Assembly: GCF_006345805.1 (NCBI RefSeq)
Contig: NC_042997.1
Location: forward strand, 21,762,001 to 21,826,000
DNA from: Octopus sinensis
Lineage: Eukaryota
DNA length: 64,000 nt
Direction: 5' to 3'
Shown here: in pieces, positions 37,414 through 49,239 of the stretch
Numbering within the stretch: position 1 is the first letter of the stretch
Layout: each line of letters opens with the position of its first letter
Notes under the pieces: model-generated
Database searches by the model: none
Seen by the model: only the letters and a program-made list of their open reading frames with translations
Told to the model about the DNA's origin: nothing
Program-made: the position numbers and the translations under genes

Positions 37414-38366
37414 GTAGTAGGTATCCGTCAGTCTCGAGAGGCCATGGATCTGTACCCAAAGAAATTGTCAGCTGCTACTGGTGGTGGTGCGTTGGTTGTG
37501 GCTATACAGGCCCACACAGGAGTGGTATTTACGCATACAGCGACTGCATTTGAATGAGGACTCTGTCGGTGCTGCTAATTTTTCCTTCCGTCGAGTTTCA
37601 TTCCCTTTCACAGTATTTGCCTCCAGTGTGGGCGATCATTTGCAACCCCCTCCCATCTCAGGACGTCCAGATCAAGCGACTCCATAGCTCTCAAACAGAC
37701 ATCTTTGAAATGATGATGAGGTCGTCCTGGTGCTCTTGTGCCAGTAGCCAATTCCCCATACAGGAATCTCTCCGTCGAGCATGCGATGAACATGACCGAG
37801 CCAGTGTAGATGGCGTTGCTGGAACAAGATATGTATGCTGGGTATCTTGGCTCGGTTAAGGACTTCGGTATTCATGATGTGGTTGGTCCACTTACTGTCC
37901 AATATGCGTCTTAAATTGCGAAGGTGAAAGACGTTGAAACGCCGCTCTTGTCTGGAGTAGAGGCTCCACGTTTCATTGCCATAAATGAGCATACTAAGGA
38001 CGCACACCTTACCGACAACCATTTTGGTGTTTGCAGCCAGTTTTGTCCCCCAGATGCTCTTTGTGAGCCTGGCAAATGTGGAGGATGCTTGTCCGATTCG
38101 CCCATTGTTCTCAGAGTCCATGGCGAGGTCATCAGCGATGGTAGAGTCGGGATAAATGAATTTATGGACTACCTCCAGCTTGTAGTTGTTGATAGTGATG
38201 GCGGGAGCGTGCTTGACACTTTGATTCATTGGGTCTTCTTCAGACTGATACTCAGGCTGAATTTCTGACAGACCTTTGAGAACTTGTCCAAGTGGTACTA
38301 CATTTGTGCTTCAGAGTGCGCTCTCAGTGCTGCATCGTCTGCGAACAATATTTCTCTGACGAGTAC
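37414..38366 (-). mobile_element. RTE (BovB-like) LINE, 5'-truncated 3' end with a 13-bp TSD
   Basis: LEVVHKFIY..S, RIGQASSTFARL, LIYGNETW, HWLGHVHRM, LYGEL..G.R.PGRP...FKD. (TAC)n tail. atgtatgcatgta is duplicated at 37401-37413 and 38367-38379. Confidence 0.92.
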
Positions 38367-38894
38367 ATGTATGCATGTATGGATGCAAGTATTTATGTAT
38401 AATATTAGCGACAACAATTAATATCTTATATACTTATTAACAAAATATGTCTTCGTAACAGAATCTAGCAAAAGTATACACATATCCTTATGTATATACC
38501 TTTCTCAACATGGGTCAATGTTTCTAACATAAATGTGTATATAGACTTATTTATACGCACAATGCGTTCACCAGAAAGTAACAGAGAGAACAGTATAAGA
38601 GCACTAGTAGTTTTAATACACACTGGTATTAAGACAACTTTTAAAAGCCGCCGGAAAGGACCAAACCGAAAATTCGATAAAGTTCAAATACTACCTCTGT
38701 ACGTATAAAATCTATCCGCGCGAAATTGCTTTACCTGTAGAATAAAACTTTGATAATTTAATTGAAAATAGTTTAGAATGATATTTACTGGTGGAATAAA
38801 TATTTCCTTAATGCAATTGATACGATAATATTCGGAGCTGAAATAAATATTTCGTAAATACAACATTTCTTTGTGGGAGATTTTAGTAAAGATC

Positions 38895-39497
38895 TGTAGT
38901 CACCCTATACAACAGCGCGCGCGCGCAACGCCCTCTCGCGAATACACGAAGTCCGAAAGAGGGAATTTTGCTGACGTGGCCTTAGCTGACGTGGCCTTGC
39001 TGACGTGGCCTTAGCAAGGGAGCGTGAGCCTTAACAAAGAGGCAAGGGAGCGTGAGCCTTAACAAAGAGGCAAGGGAGCGTAAAGGTTGACCATTAGCGT
39101 CCGACAGACAGCGGCAGCCTTTTCATCGAAGCAGACGTTTAATTCGCTCTCTCTCCGGTTTTGATAGCAGCAGTCTTTTGGCCGAAGACTTTTAACCTGA
39201 ATTGTTGCAGTCAAATCATCTTCTTCACCCGGACGCCATTTTTGACCCTTTCTGTTTTGGCGGCTGAACATTGTAAATATTACAATCGATTAACTTTCAG
39301 CCTTGCGCGCCCAGAACCAAGGACATCAGATATACCACTGATTTCTCACCGGTATAAAACAATAAAGTATATCTATTTTTTACGTCTGCGTTTTGTGTTT
39401 CTTTGACTGGTAGAGTCTGGATATAAAAGCAACGGAAAGTGATTGCACCAACTTGCACCCCAAAAGTGCAAGCGGAGATATTCACATATTCCTTACA
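38895..39497 (+). repeat. 5' LTR (603 bp)
   Basis: Direct repeat of 44082-44684; 4 transitions found by eye. Confidence 0.97.
38972..39008 (+). promoter_or_regulatory. Three tandem TGACGTGG bZIP (UPRE/CRE-like) motifs in U3
   Basis: TGACGTGG at 38972, 38987 and 39001. Function is untested. Confidence 0.5.
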
Positions 39498-39498
39498 G

Positions 39499-39508
39499 TG
39501 GTGACCCC
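39499..39508 (+). promoter_or_regulatory. Primer-binding site complementary to the tRNA-Trp 3' end
   Basis: TGGTGACCCC lies 1 nt after the 5' LTR. The eukaryotic tRNA-Trp(CCA) ends GGGGUCACCA, and this PBS is typical of the CsRn1 lineage. Confidence 0.8.
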
Positions 39509-39951
39509 AAAGTTCCAGAGAACACTCAACAAAAAGAAAAAATCCAGTTTTCTGCCAAGTCTGAAACACGACCAACCTGTTTTCCAGTCCCTTTCAACAG
39601 TTTGTTTCTTCATCTGCACTCACGCACGGAAGAAAAAAAAAAAAAAAAAAGAGAAGAAATTTTTTTTTCTCGATTAAAACGTGACGAAGGTTGGTAAAAA
39701 CAAAAAAAAAGAAAAGAATTTTTTTCTATTCTCTGTGCACACAGTACAAACAAAAAAAAAAACAAAAAAAAACCAACTTTTTTTTTGTAAATTGCACATT
39801 CAAAATTTATTGGTTCAATTGTTGGTCTTTCTTTCTTTCTTCCTTTCTTTTTTCCCTTTGTTTTTCCTTGTTGCGTCTGTTCAGCGTTGGTTCGTTGTCA
39901 GTTTTCTTTTTTCCATTTGACAGAGTCATCTAGTGAATAAAAGGCTACAAA

Positions 39952-40680
39952 ATGTTTATGGGTTCGTTACCTACTTTTACAGGTGATGCCACACTGTGGT
40001 TTTCACAGTTAGAGGCACAATTTCGTGCACAAAGTATTACTCCCGAGCAGCAGTTGGAAATCCTTTATGGTTGCATGCCGCCGCAACTGGCATCTTCAGC
40101 AAGGGACCTTATTACAGACCCTAGTCCAGGCGCTACTTATGCGTCTGTTAGATTAGAGGTTGAAAAAAGAAATACACGAAGCGAGGAAAGTCGTTTCAAT
40201 GAGTTAATGGCAGATGAGCAACTAGGGGACAGAACTCCGTCAGAATTTTTACGAAGACTGAGGGAGTTAAGTGGTAATGCATCAGATGCCCCCCTCCTTC
40301 GGAAGATTTTTTTCTCGAGGTTGCCCGCCTATATACAGACCGTTTTGGCAACCGGCTTAGAGACAAATACAGTGGACCAAATAGCGACGATGGCTGATAA
40401 GATGGTTGAATTTGCCGTTCAACCATCGTCACGGTCTGCTTGTGCCTGTTCACAGACCTCTTCGGCCTCAATTGAGGGGCTTTCTAAACTAATAGAAACC
40501 CTCACTAAAAGGATGGACGCGATGTGTCGCGATGGTAAGCGATCTTCAAAATCGCGAAGTCGCAGTCGTTCATCCTCGAGATCAAAACAGTCTAAGTCTG
40601 GACTGTGTTGGTACCACTCCAAGTATGGAGAGAATGCACATAGGTGCACACAGCCATGCACTTATAAGTCTTTAAACTAG
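39952..40680 (+). CDS. gag: Gag (242 aa) with CHCC zinc motif
   Basis: LPTF...LWFSQLEAQF, LGDRTPSEFLRRL and CWYHSKYGENAHRCTQPC. The ORF is intact. Confidence 0.92.
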   Translation: MFMGSLPTFTGDATLWFSQLEAQFRAQSITPEQQLEILYGCMPPQLASSARDLITDPSPGATYASVRLEVEKRNTRSEESRFNELMADEQLGDRTPSEFLRRLRELSGNASDAPLLRKIFFSRLPAYIQTVLATGLETNTVDQIATMADKMVEFAVQPSSRSACACSQTSSASIEGLSKLIETLTKRMDAMCRDGKRSSKSRSRSRSSSRSKQSKSGLCWYHSKYGENAHRCTQPCTYKSLN

Positions 40681-41162
40681 ATTCGGAGAATTTGAGCACG
40701 TCAACTTCCTCCACAACATTTTCTGGTTATCGTGCATTCTTTGTTAAAGATCTAGTGTCGAAGAAAAACTTCATGGTAGACACTGGTTCTTGTTGCAGTA
40801 TTTGGCCTCTGCGTTGCACAACAGACAGGCCAAAGCGATCTAACGTCATCTTGCACGCTATTGACTCGTCACCAATAGCCACATTCGGTCAGATGTCGTT
40901 GCGCCTTGATATTGGTCTTCGACGAGACTTTCGATGGGTTTTTGTCATTGCCGACATTCCGCATCCTATTTTAGGTGCGGATTTTCTGGATAAATTTGAT
41001 TTGTTGGTAGATGTCAGACGTCGGAGGTTGGTCGATAGTTCGACTACACTCTCCACGCCGACCGGAGAATCTACCAATTTAGCTCTTAGCCCGACATTTT
41101 TTGTCGGTACATCTGGAGATGTTTTTCACTCTCTTTTAGCTTCTTTTCCATGTTACCTTTAG
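40671..41162 (+). CDS. pol: Aspartic protease segment of pol (-1 frame relative to gag)
   Basis: [11 protein letters not shown] and ILGADFL. The frame is open from the slippery site at 40671 to a TAG at 41160-41162. Confidence 0.88.
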   Translation, partial: FKLDSENLSTSTSSTTFSGYRAFFVKDLVSKKNFMVDTGSCCSIWPLRCTTDRPKRSNVILHAIDSSPIATFGQMSLRLDIGLRRDFRWVFVIADIPHPILGADFLDKFDLLVDVRRRRLVDSSTTLSTPTGESTNLALSPTFFVGTSGDVFHSLLASFPCYL

Positions 41163-41163
41163 G

Positions 41164-43869
41164 GTGGCTAAGCCATTGCATTCGACACGACACTTTATAA
41201 CAACAACTGGACCTCCTGTTTTTTCACGTCCAAGGCATCTTGCACCTGATCGACTTAAAACTGCTAGGGCTGAGTTTGAGCACATGCTTCAGCTCGGTCT
41301 GATACGCCCCTCCACCAGTCCATGGGCATCTCCCCTTCATTTAGTAAGAAAAGGGGATACAGATTTTCGCCCGGTGGGAGATTATCGGCGTCTAAATTCG
41401 GTGACGATTCCAGACAAATATCCCATAAGGATTTTAAACGATTTTTCGGCAAATTTACATGGCTGTACTATTTTTTCTAAGGTTGACCTGATACGTGCCT
41501 ACCATCAAATACCGGTCAACTCAGACGATATTCCTAAAACAGCAATTACTACTCCTTTTGGCTGTTTCGAATTTTTATTTATGAGTTTTGGTTTGAGGAA
41601 TGCCACTAGTACTTTCCAACGGTTTATAGATGAAGTTGTTCGCGGACTGGATTTTGTGTTCGCGTATGTCGATGATATTCTAATCGCAAGTGATACGCAT
41701 GAAAATCATCTCCTGCACTTGTCTCAGCTTTTTCAGCGTCTTCGCGACTATGGTGTTCGCATTAATCCAGACAAGTGTGTTTTTGGGCAACCATCTCTTA
41801 ATTTTCTCGGTCATTATATTGACTTGAGAGGAATCAAACCACTCTCATCCAAAGTCGATGCTATTCAGCGCATCGCACCACCTTCTTCTTTGCGTCAACT
41901 TCGCCAATTTTTAGGCATAGTAAATTTCTATAGACGTTTCATAGATCGGTGTGCGGACAAGTTACCTTTAACACAAATGCTAAAGGGCAATTCCAAGAAG
42001 GACGCCCGTCTTACTCTTTCGGCTGAAGCACTGTCTGCCTTTGAGTTGGTTAAAAAGGAACTAGCTTCAGTCCCTATTTTGGCACATCCGGCTCCTAATG
42101 CTCCACTTACTTTATCTGTGGACGCATCAGAGTCTGCAATTGGCGCTGTTTTGCAGCACACCGTAGAGGGTGAGGTTAAACCTTTAGCTTTCTTTTCTTG
42201 TCAGCTAAAGCCAGCTGAACGCAGATATAGTACCTTTGATCGAGAGTTACTAGCGATCTATCTGTCAGTTCGGCATTTTCAACACCAGCTCGAGGGACGA
42301 GAGTTTGTGATTTATACTGATCACAAGCCCCTTACTTTTGCATTATCTTCTAAAACGGATAAACTCTCTCATCGTGCTTTCCGTCACCTGGACTATATTT
42401 CTCAATTTACAAGTGACATTAGGCATGTGCCAGGCAGTGAGAACGTCCCTGTAGATGCTCTCTCTAGACTCCCTGTCAATTCCATTTCCTCTCCTGCAGC
42501 AATTGATTTAACTGCTATTTCGCAGGATCAACCACCTTTAGAGGAGTTGGATTTAACTTCGCCTAAGTTTATTAACTGTAAGTTTAACTACCTTCCGCTC
42601 CCTACAGCGGAAGGCTCTATTCTTTGTGACGTTTCTACCGGTTCACCTAGACCATTAGTACCTGAGAAACATCAACGTTCCGTGTTTGATGCTCTTCATT
42701 CACTGTCACATCCAGGTATATCTGCCACAGTAAAGCTTGTTACTGCTCGGTTCTTCTGGCCCAATATGCGACGATCAATTACCTCTTGGGCACGCTCTTG
42801 TTTGAGGTGCCAGAGTGCTAAAGTCCATAGACACGTTCGTGCTCCACTTGGACAATTTTCCTCTCCTGAAGCCCGTTTTCGCCATATCCACCTTGATTTG
42901 GTTGGACCATGGCCTGTGAGTCGCGGGTTCTCATACATTTTAACTTGTATTGATCGTTTTTCACGCTGGCCGGAAGCTATTCCTATAGTAGACATGTCAG
43001 CTGAAACTGTTGCGAGGGCTTTCGTATCTAATTGGATTTCGAGGTATGGTGTACCGTACAGTTTAACCACAGATCGTGGTCGACAATTCGAGTCTGCATT
43101 GTTTCGTGAGTTATCACGAATCCTGGGGATGCATCATATACGCACCACAAGTTACCACCCCGCTTCTAATGGGATGGTGGAGCGTTTCCATAGGCAACTT
43201 AAGGCCGCTTTGCGTGCCTCGCCGAATCCACAGTTATGGACTGAATTTCTACCGATCGTCCTGCTTGGATGTCGGACTGCGATTAAAGCAGACCTTGGTT
43301 TTTCGTCTGCCGAGCTCTTGTATGGTACCACACTGGCATTGCCTGGTACGATGTTGGTGCCAGACAAGTCACAGTCTCTTAATTTAGAGTCTTATGTTGC
43401 TCGATTACGCAGATATTTTTCTGCCCTTCCTCCTATGGACCCTCGACACCAAAATCCTCCTTCTAGTGTGCCATCAGACCTTAATTCTTGGACGCATGTT
43501 TTTATTCGTGATGATTCTGTCAAAGGACCTCTTGTTTCTCCTTATAAAGGACCTTTTCGTGTGATTTCTCGCACGCCGAAGGTATTCAAACTTGAAATTA
43601 ACGGTCGTTCGGAGACCGTCTCCGTAGATCGTCTTAAAAGGGCATATTTTGAGGTGTCCACATCTTTTAATGACCCCACTGCCACAACCATCGTTGAACC
43701 TTCACATGCACCTTTGACAACACCACTATTTACACATGCACCATTATCAACACCAACATCGACAACACCACCTTCGTCGTCGCAGCCTGCCTCGAACAGA
43801 CCTTATGTTACGAGGTCAGGCAGAACTGTTCACTGGCCGAAAAAACTTTCCAAAACTATTTATATTTGA
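41164..43869 (+). CDS. pol: RT-RNase H-integrase segment of pol, out of frame with the protease
   Basis: [56 protein letters not shown] (HLDLVGP, TTDRG, VERFH), GPF motif. Confidence 0.95.
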   Translation: MAKPLHSTRHFITTTGPPVFSRPRHLAPDRLKTARAEFEHMLQLGLIRPSTSPWASPLHLVRKGDTDFRPVGDYRRLNSVTIPDKYPIRILNDFSANLHGCTIFSKVDLIRAYHQIPVNSDDIPKTAITTPFGCFEFLFMSFGLRNATSTFQRFIDEVVRGLDFVFAYVDDILIASDTHENHLLHLSQLFQRLRDYGVRINPDKCVFGQPSLNFLGHYIDLRGIKPLSSKVDAIQRIAPPSSLRQLRQFLGIVNFYRRFIDRCADKLPLTQMLKGNSKKDARLTLSAEALSAFELVKKELASVPILAHPAPNAPLTLSVDASESAIGAVLQHTVEGEVKPLAFFSCQLKPAERRYSTFDRELLAIYLSVRHFQHQLEGREFVIYTDHKPLTFALSSKTDKLSHRAFRHLDYISQFTSDIRHVPGSENVPVDALSRLPVNSISSPAAIDLTAISQDQPPLEELDLTSPKFINCKFNYLPLPTAEGSILCDVSTGSPRPLVPEKHQRSVFDALHSLSHPGISATVKLVTARFFWPNMRRSITSWARSCLRCQSAKVHRHVRAPLGQFSSPEARFRHIHLDLVGPWPVSRGFSYILTCIDRFSRWPEAIPIVDMSAETVARAFVSNWISRYGVPYSLTTDRGRQFESALFRELSRILGMHHIRTTSYHPASNGMVERFHRQLKAALRASPNPQLWTEFLPIVLLGCRTAIKADLGFSSAELLYGTTLALPGTMLVPDKSQSLNLESYVARLRRYFSALPPMDPRHQNPPSSVPSDLNSWTHVFIRDDSVKGPLVSPYKGPFRVISRTPKVFKLEINGRSETVSVDRLKRAYFEVSTSFNDPTATTIVEPSHAPLTTPLFTHAPLSTPTSTTPPSSSQPASNRPYVTRSGRTVHWPKKLSKTIYI

Positions 43870-44069
43870 CATTTTCAATTGACTTCCCAGTGACAGTTCA
43901 GTACTCATTGAACTTTGCTCATTTTGAGTATTTTTTTCTCTTTTTACCTTTAAGGTGAATTTTTTTTTTTGCTGTTTAATGTATTATATTGTGTGCTATT
44001 TTTGGTTATCTGGTGTCCACCTTGAGTTTTATGGTCACTACAAGGAATTGTTGTTCGTGCTTAGGCACT

Positions 44070-44081
44070 GGAGGGGAGCTT
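44070..44081 (+). promoter_or_regulatory. Polypurine tract
   Basis: ggaggggagct(t) immediately precedes the 3' LTR. Confidence 0.8.
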
Positions 44082-44684
44082 TGTAGTCACCCTATACAAC
44101 AGCGCGCGCGCGCAACGCCCTCTCGCGAATACACGAAGTCCGAAAGAGGGAATTTTGCTGACGTGGCCTTAGCTGACGTAGCCTTGCTGACGTGGCCTTA
44201 GCAAGGGAGCGTGAGCCTTAACAAAGAGGCAAGGGAGCGTGAGCCTTAACAAAGAGGCAAGGGAGCGTAAAGGTTGACCATTAGCGTCCGACAGACAGCG
44301 GCAACCTTTTCATCGAAGCAGACGTTTAATTCGCTCTCTCTCCGGTTTTGATAGCAGCAGTCTTTTGGCCGAAGACTTTTAACCCGAATTGTTGCAGTCA
44401 AATCATCTTCTTCACCCGGACGCCATTTTTGACCCTTTCTGTTTTGGCGGCTGAACATTGTAAATATTACAATCGATTAACTTTCAGCCTTGCGCGCCCA
44501 GAACCAAGGACATCAGATATACCACTGATTTCTCACCGGTATAAAATAATAAAGTATATCTATTTTTTACGTCTGCGTTTTGTGTTTCTTTGACTGGTAG
44601 AGTCTGGATATAAAAGCAACGGAAAGTGATTGCACCAACTTGCACCCCAAAAGTGCAAGCGGAGATATTCACATATTCCTTACA
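44082..44684 (+). repeat. 3' LTR (603 bp)
   Basis: Direct repeat of the 5' LTR. Confidence 0.97.
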
Positions 44685-44855
44685 GATCTGAATAAAATAG
44701 AAAAGTAAGTCAAATCTGAGAGTCAAAATCGCTTAAAAGCTTTATCACGTGTAGAATAAATCAAGCTAAATGCATACATTTAAAAGAATATTTGCGTATT
44801 ATATATAACCTTTCTTTGGATCCTTGTTTCTGGCAGAATTTATAAAACAATATTG

Positions 44856-45025
44856 GCGCAAGCATGGCTGTGTGGTTTAGAAGCTCGCTTTGTAACTACG
44901 TCGTTTCAGGTTCAGTCGCACTGCACCACACCTTCGGCCAGTGTCTACTACTACTACAGCCCTGAACCGACATGTGCTTTGTGAATGAATGTGGCAAAAA
45001 GAAACTGTGTGAAAGCCCGTCGTGT
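44856..45025 (+). mobile_element. SINE family S2, 5' half (a 3' half lies at ~45300-45525)
   Basis: ggcgcaagcatggctgtgtggtttagaagc...ggttcagtcgcactgc. Confidence 0.7.
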
Positions 45026-45612
45026 TATATATATATAAATTACGTTATATGTAAACAAACATGAGTTTGTTTTTGAAGCGCTGAGATGTATTGTAGTACA
45101 AGTAGAAAGATGTATTTTTTTTCAACGCCTAAGTACTGATAGAAAGACATATGTAGGATAAAGTCCTTACAGAGCAGAAAAATCTGTCAGCAACCGACCA
45201 TGGCTGGTTGCTGACAGAGAAATCTGTCAGCAATCCTATATATGCTGTTCTATCAGTACTTACGTGTTGAGAAAAATATTTTTTTCTACATCTAATGTGT
45301 GTGTGTGCGCGCGTACGCTTGTCTGTCACCCACACCTCCGCTTGAAAATTTTGTTGACTTTTTTACGTTATGTACCTTACTTAGCATTTCGGCAAAAATG
45401 ACTGATGGAATAAGTACCAAACTTTCAAAACTGTACTGGGGACAATTAATTCGACAAAACTGTATAAGGCGGTAACCCAGCATGGCCGTAATCCAATGTC
45501 TGAAACAATTAAAACATAAAAGATAAATGTTCAGCACTGGAATTAGTGTGTAAGTGGATGAATATTCCACAGATACATGTACGCTGAATCAGCGTGGCAA
45601 CATTTGAATAAC

Positions 45613-45878
45613 GGGTTAGTTAGTTAGTTAGTTAGTTAATTTGGCTCAAAAGCAAATAGCAAGGCCATGTAGGGGGACATGGAGTTAAGTACAGGGTGGT
45701 GTTCATGTAAAAAGTTCAGGCCACTTGAGGTCCAGGGAGGCTTTGAACAAAGCGGTCGTCGGCATCTTCACCATCTCGTCTGGCAGCTTGTTCCACGGAT
45801 CCGCAACCCGGACGGAGAAAGCTCCTCTCCTTCGATTGAGAAGTGTAATCTATCCGGCGTGCTTCTGCTCAATAAGGT
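45613..45878 (-). mobile_element. CR1/L2-group LINE 3' end with (CTAA)n tail
   Basis: The minus strand reads RRGAFSVRVADPWNKLPDEMVKMPTTALFKASLD, followed by a short UTR and the (ttag)n tract at 45615-45638. Confidence 0.8.
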
Positions 45879-46085
45879 TTGAGGTCATGTGAGACTAAGA
45901 TAAAACATCCTCGCCCAAGATGCTATGCATCGGATCGAACTCAAGACTCCGTGATGAGAAGTGAACTTTGTCGATGTTATACCCTTCCTCTTTACATACA
46001 TACATACATACATACATATACTTCTAGCACATGAGGTGCATAATTTATAGACACATAAATGAAGAAACGGTTAGATAACGAGAAC

Positions 46086-46157
46086 GGTAAGTAGATAGAT
46101 AGAGAGAGAGATATATATATATATATATATATATAGATAGATAGATAGATAGATAGG

Positions 46158-46192
<35 letters not shown>

Positions 46193-46222
46193 GTAGATAG
46201 ATAGGTAGATAGGTAGATAGAT

Positions 46223-46260
<38 letters not shown>

Positions 46261-46318
46261 GTAGATAGATAGGTAGATAGGTAGATAGAGAGAAAGAAAG
46301 ATAGATAGATAGAAAGAT

Positions 46319-46396
<78 letters not shown>
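46086..46396 (+). repeat. (GATA)n compound microsatellite
   Basis: Read directly from the sequence. A similar tract lies at 62158-62362. Confidence 0.95.
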
Positions 46397-47763
46397 GGAC
46401 TGCAGAAGAAGACTTAAAATGTCTCTATTTTGATTGCTGCATTTTTATATTCTTGCATGATAATGAATAACTTATTCAATGATGCCGTAGAATTTGTTAA
46501 ATTAGAAATAATCTCCATTAGATATGTTAGATATATAATATATCTCGGTTCTCTTCATTGTCAGTTCATTACTGTCAGCTTGTTAACAAGCAGAAAGCTA
46601 TGTGACATAGAAGTGCAGCTGACTTAAAAACAGTAGCTCGAACATAACAACAGCTTTCTGAAAAATTCTTCAGGGATGAGAAGTAGGTAGCACACGCATA
46701 TCAACAGCTCTAGTTATGGAGCTATGATAATAATTGTCTGAGAAAATGATCGCAACAGATGCTATCAGCAACATTTACAAAGCGATGTTATCAGCAGAAG
46801 AAAAGAATCTGCTTCAAAATACTCTTGATAAGATAGCAGAAAACGTTTTGTAAAAGAAGGATAAGAAGAGTAACGTACTCGAAAACAATAAGTATTTGAC
46901 ACATGGTAATAATTGGAAATATCATTCGTTGCATACCTCGATAAAGTAGCCACTTAATACACTGCGGTTGGTTTTGATGTATACATGAAACATAAACAAA
47001 TATATGTTCTTCATGCTTCTCTCACTTTTTTTATATAATCCCATAGTTTGTTATGTAACTATAAACATGAAAGTTTACGTGTTTGTGGAAACATCAGGGG
47101 AGACATAAATTTGAAAACCACATGTAAATTAGAAAAAATGTGGATCACAAAGCATGTTTTCTTAAGATTTTCGTTTTATTTATTCCACAACTACCTGGTA
47201 CCCCAGATACGCACTCACTGCGACTAAACCACTCTGTGAGAAATATATACGTGGGTGACCTGTTGCATATAGCAACCTTAAGAGGAAAGAACGACAGAAG
47301 AATATATTAGCACAGTAAAATCTGGCAATCTGCCATAGGTTTAATGAAAAAAGAGGACAACAAGTTAGTTGCTAGGAGCTGAAACCTTAGTAAGGCTTAG
47401 TTGAGTCAAAGAAAGTAGCGAAGTGATACAGGAGGGAGGGGTTGACTAAATGACACATCATCTTGTTTTGCCCCTCTAGTCTCTGAGTTCAAATCTTGCG
47501 ATATCGACTTCACATTTCATCCCTCAAAAGTCAATAAAATTGATGATATACAGAGATACATTCCGTCGATTATATATCGATACTGCTTCTGTAAAACGAT
47601 CTCAGATTTTTGAAAATATTGTGATCAAAATATCTTACTTGATATAAGGCCACTCTTTTGTCGAGATTGTAATCAGCTGATTTAACTCTGAACCATCACA
47701 AGTATTTAAATTACTGATAGATAAAATCAAACTGTCATATTATTATTATTATTATCATCATCA

Positions 47764-47842
<79 letters not shown>

Positions 47843-47854
47843 GCAGAACGAAGG

Positions 47855-48030
47855 TGATGGGTTGGAGAATCGTTAGGACATCGGGGGGAAATGTCTTGTT
47901 ATATTTAGTTATAGAACTTTACGTTGTCTTTGAATCCCACTTAGGTCAATTTTCATCCCTCTGCTGTCAATAAAATAAGGCACTTCTCAAGTGCCTGAAG
48001 CGATTTAGGTCTTGTGCCTAAAATACAGCG
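47855..48030 (+). mobile_element. SINE family S1, highly degraded
   Basis: ggagaatcgttaggacatcgg...aggtcaattttcatccc...aggtcttgtgcc. Confidence 0.5.
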
Positions 48031-48044
48031 ATTATTATCAATGT

Positions 48045-48660
48045 TTTCATCAGCTTTATGGGAGTTACTGCTGCACCAGTTTGAGTAACTCTGAGTGTTC
48101 CTGAAATGTATGTTACAATGTCTTGCAATATAGAGGTATTTTACATTGTTAAGAGGTTTGTCTTGTTGATGGTGTTATTTTAGTATTTCGTTTATTGAAA
48201 ATGCGTAGCTACTTTGTTGCGTGTATAAGTTTCGAATATGCTAAGCCGATTTTGTCTTCCACATTAAAAGCTGCCATCAAATACCCACTTCTAACTATTC
48301 AGTCTGAAATCGGAAACTTTTCCAATCACAAGGGTTTTCTTTCCAGCTGCCTTCATTTCTTAATACGCCAGTGATTCTCTTCCTTTCTCATCCACTGTGC
48401 TTTATTATTGCGTTGACTCCCTTGGTTTTATATCCATTCCAACTATTTTTGAATTTTGATGTTGGTGTATTACCTAGAGCCATATTTTCTTTTACTTTTT
48501 TTTAGGGTATGGGTTGTAACTGAGTATTACGGAAGTGGTCGATGTCATAGTGTCAGGTGTCGATTATGTAAGTGTGTGTGCAAAGTTACAGTGTTTGTTG
48601 ATGATTCTTCCGAGTATGACTTGTATGAGTTGCACTTTTTAATGGACAGTTATTATCTAT
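48045..48660 (-). pseudogene. Degraded GIY-YIG endonuclease C-terminus of a Penelope-like element
   Basis: Across several frames the minus strand gives NCPL, KFKNSWNGYK, EMKAAGKK, VEDKIGLA, NKRN and HQQDKPLNNVK, colinear with PLE endonuclease motifs. ctgatga follows near 48047-48053. Many stops and shifts. Confidence 0.45.
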
Positions 48661-48897
48661 ATTTTGAGCGTACAGTCTACTGTTTAAATTATGCAAATGA
48701 ACTGAAATTGTGTTACGTAGAACGTGGAATCTGCCTAGTGAGACTACCTATAGGAAATTAGGAGGGCAAGAGTGACAACGTACTCAGGAAATATTTGGGC
48801 GTCGGGAGAGATCACTCAGCGTGGACTGATACGCCGGGTCATATGGATAATTTTCAGAAATCTGTGGCCTGACAGTGCAACTGGGGGACTGCTTTTC

Positions 48898-49130
48898 AAG
48901 ACAACATCTGCAGGCTCTGAAGTGCCGAAATATTGCTCAACCAATTTCACATGATATGACACTCTTCTATTTATTTGTGTATAACTTCTGGGTGAGTTAC
49001 CTCGGTCCTGTGTAGTTCTTAACAAAAAATGAAGTAGACTGACATATAATTTTTGAACCCGTGGAAGGCCCGCTAGATGCCGAAATATTGTTCAACCAAT
49101 TTCACATGATATGGCACTCTTCTATTTATT

Positions 49131-49135
<5 letters not shown>
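48898..49135 (+). mobile_element. Family D tandem 155-bp unit with hammerhead-like motif
   Basis: gccgaaatattg at 48924 and 49079. 49053-49095 reads UUGAAC CCGUGGA A GGC ccgcuagau GCC GAAA UAU U GUUCAA. Confidence 0.65.
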
Positions 49136-49192
<57 letters not shown>

Positions 49193-49196
49193 CATC

Positions 49197-49228
<32 letters not shown>

Positions 49229-49239
49229 CATCATTATCA

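Larger units (their letters stand above)
38895..44684 (+). mobile_element. Full-length Ty3/Gypsy LTR retrotransposon, CsRn1 type, 5,790 bp
   Basis: 603-bp LTRs with TGTA...TACA ends, GATC TSD (38891-38894, 44685-44688), PBS, PPT, gag and pol in PR-RT-RH-IN order. Confidence 0.97.
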
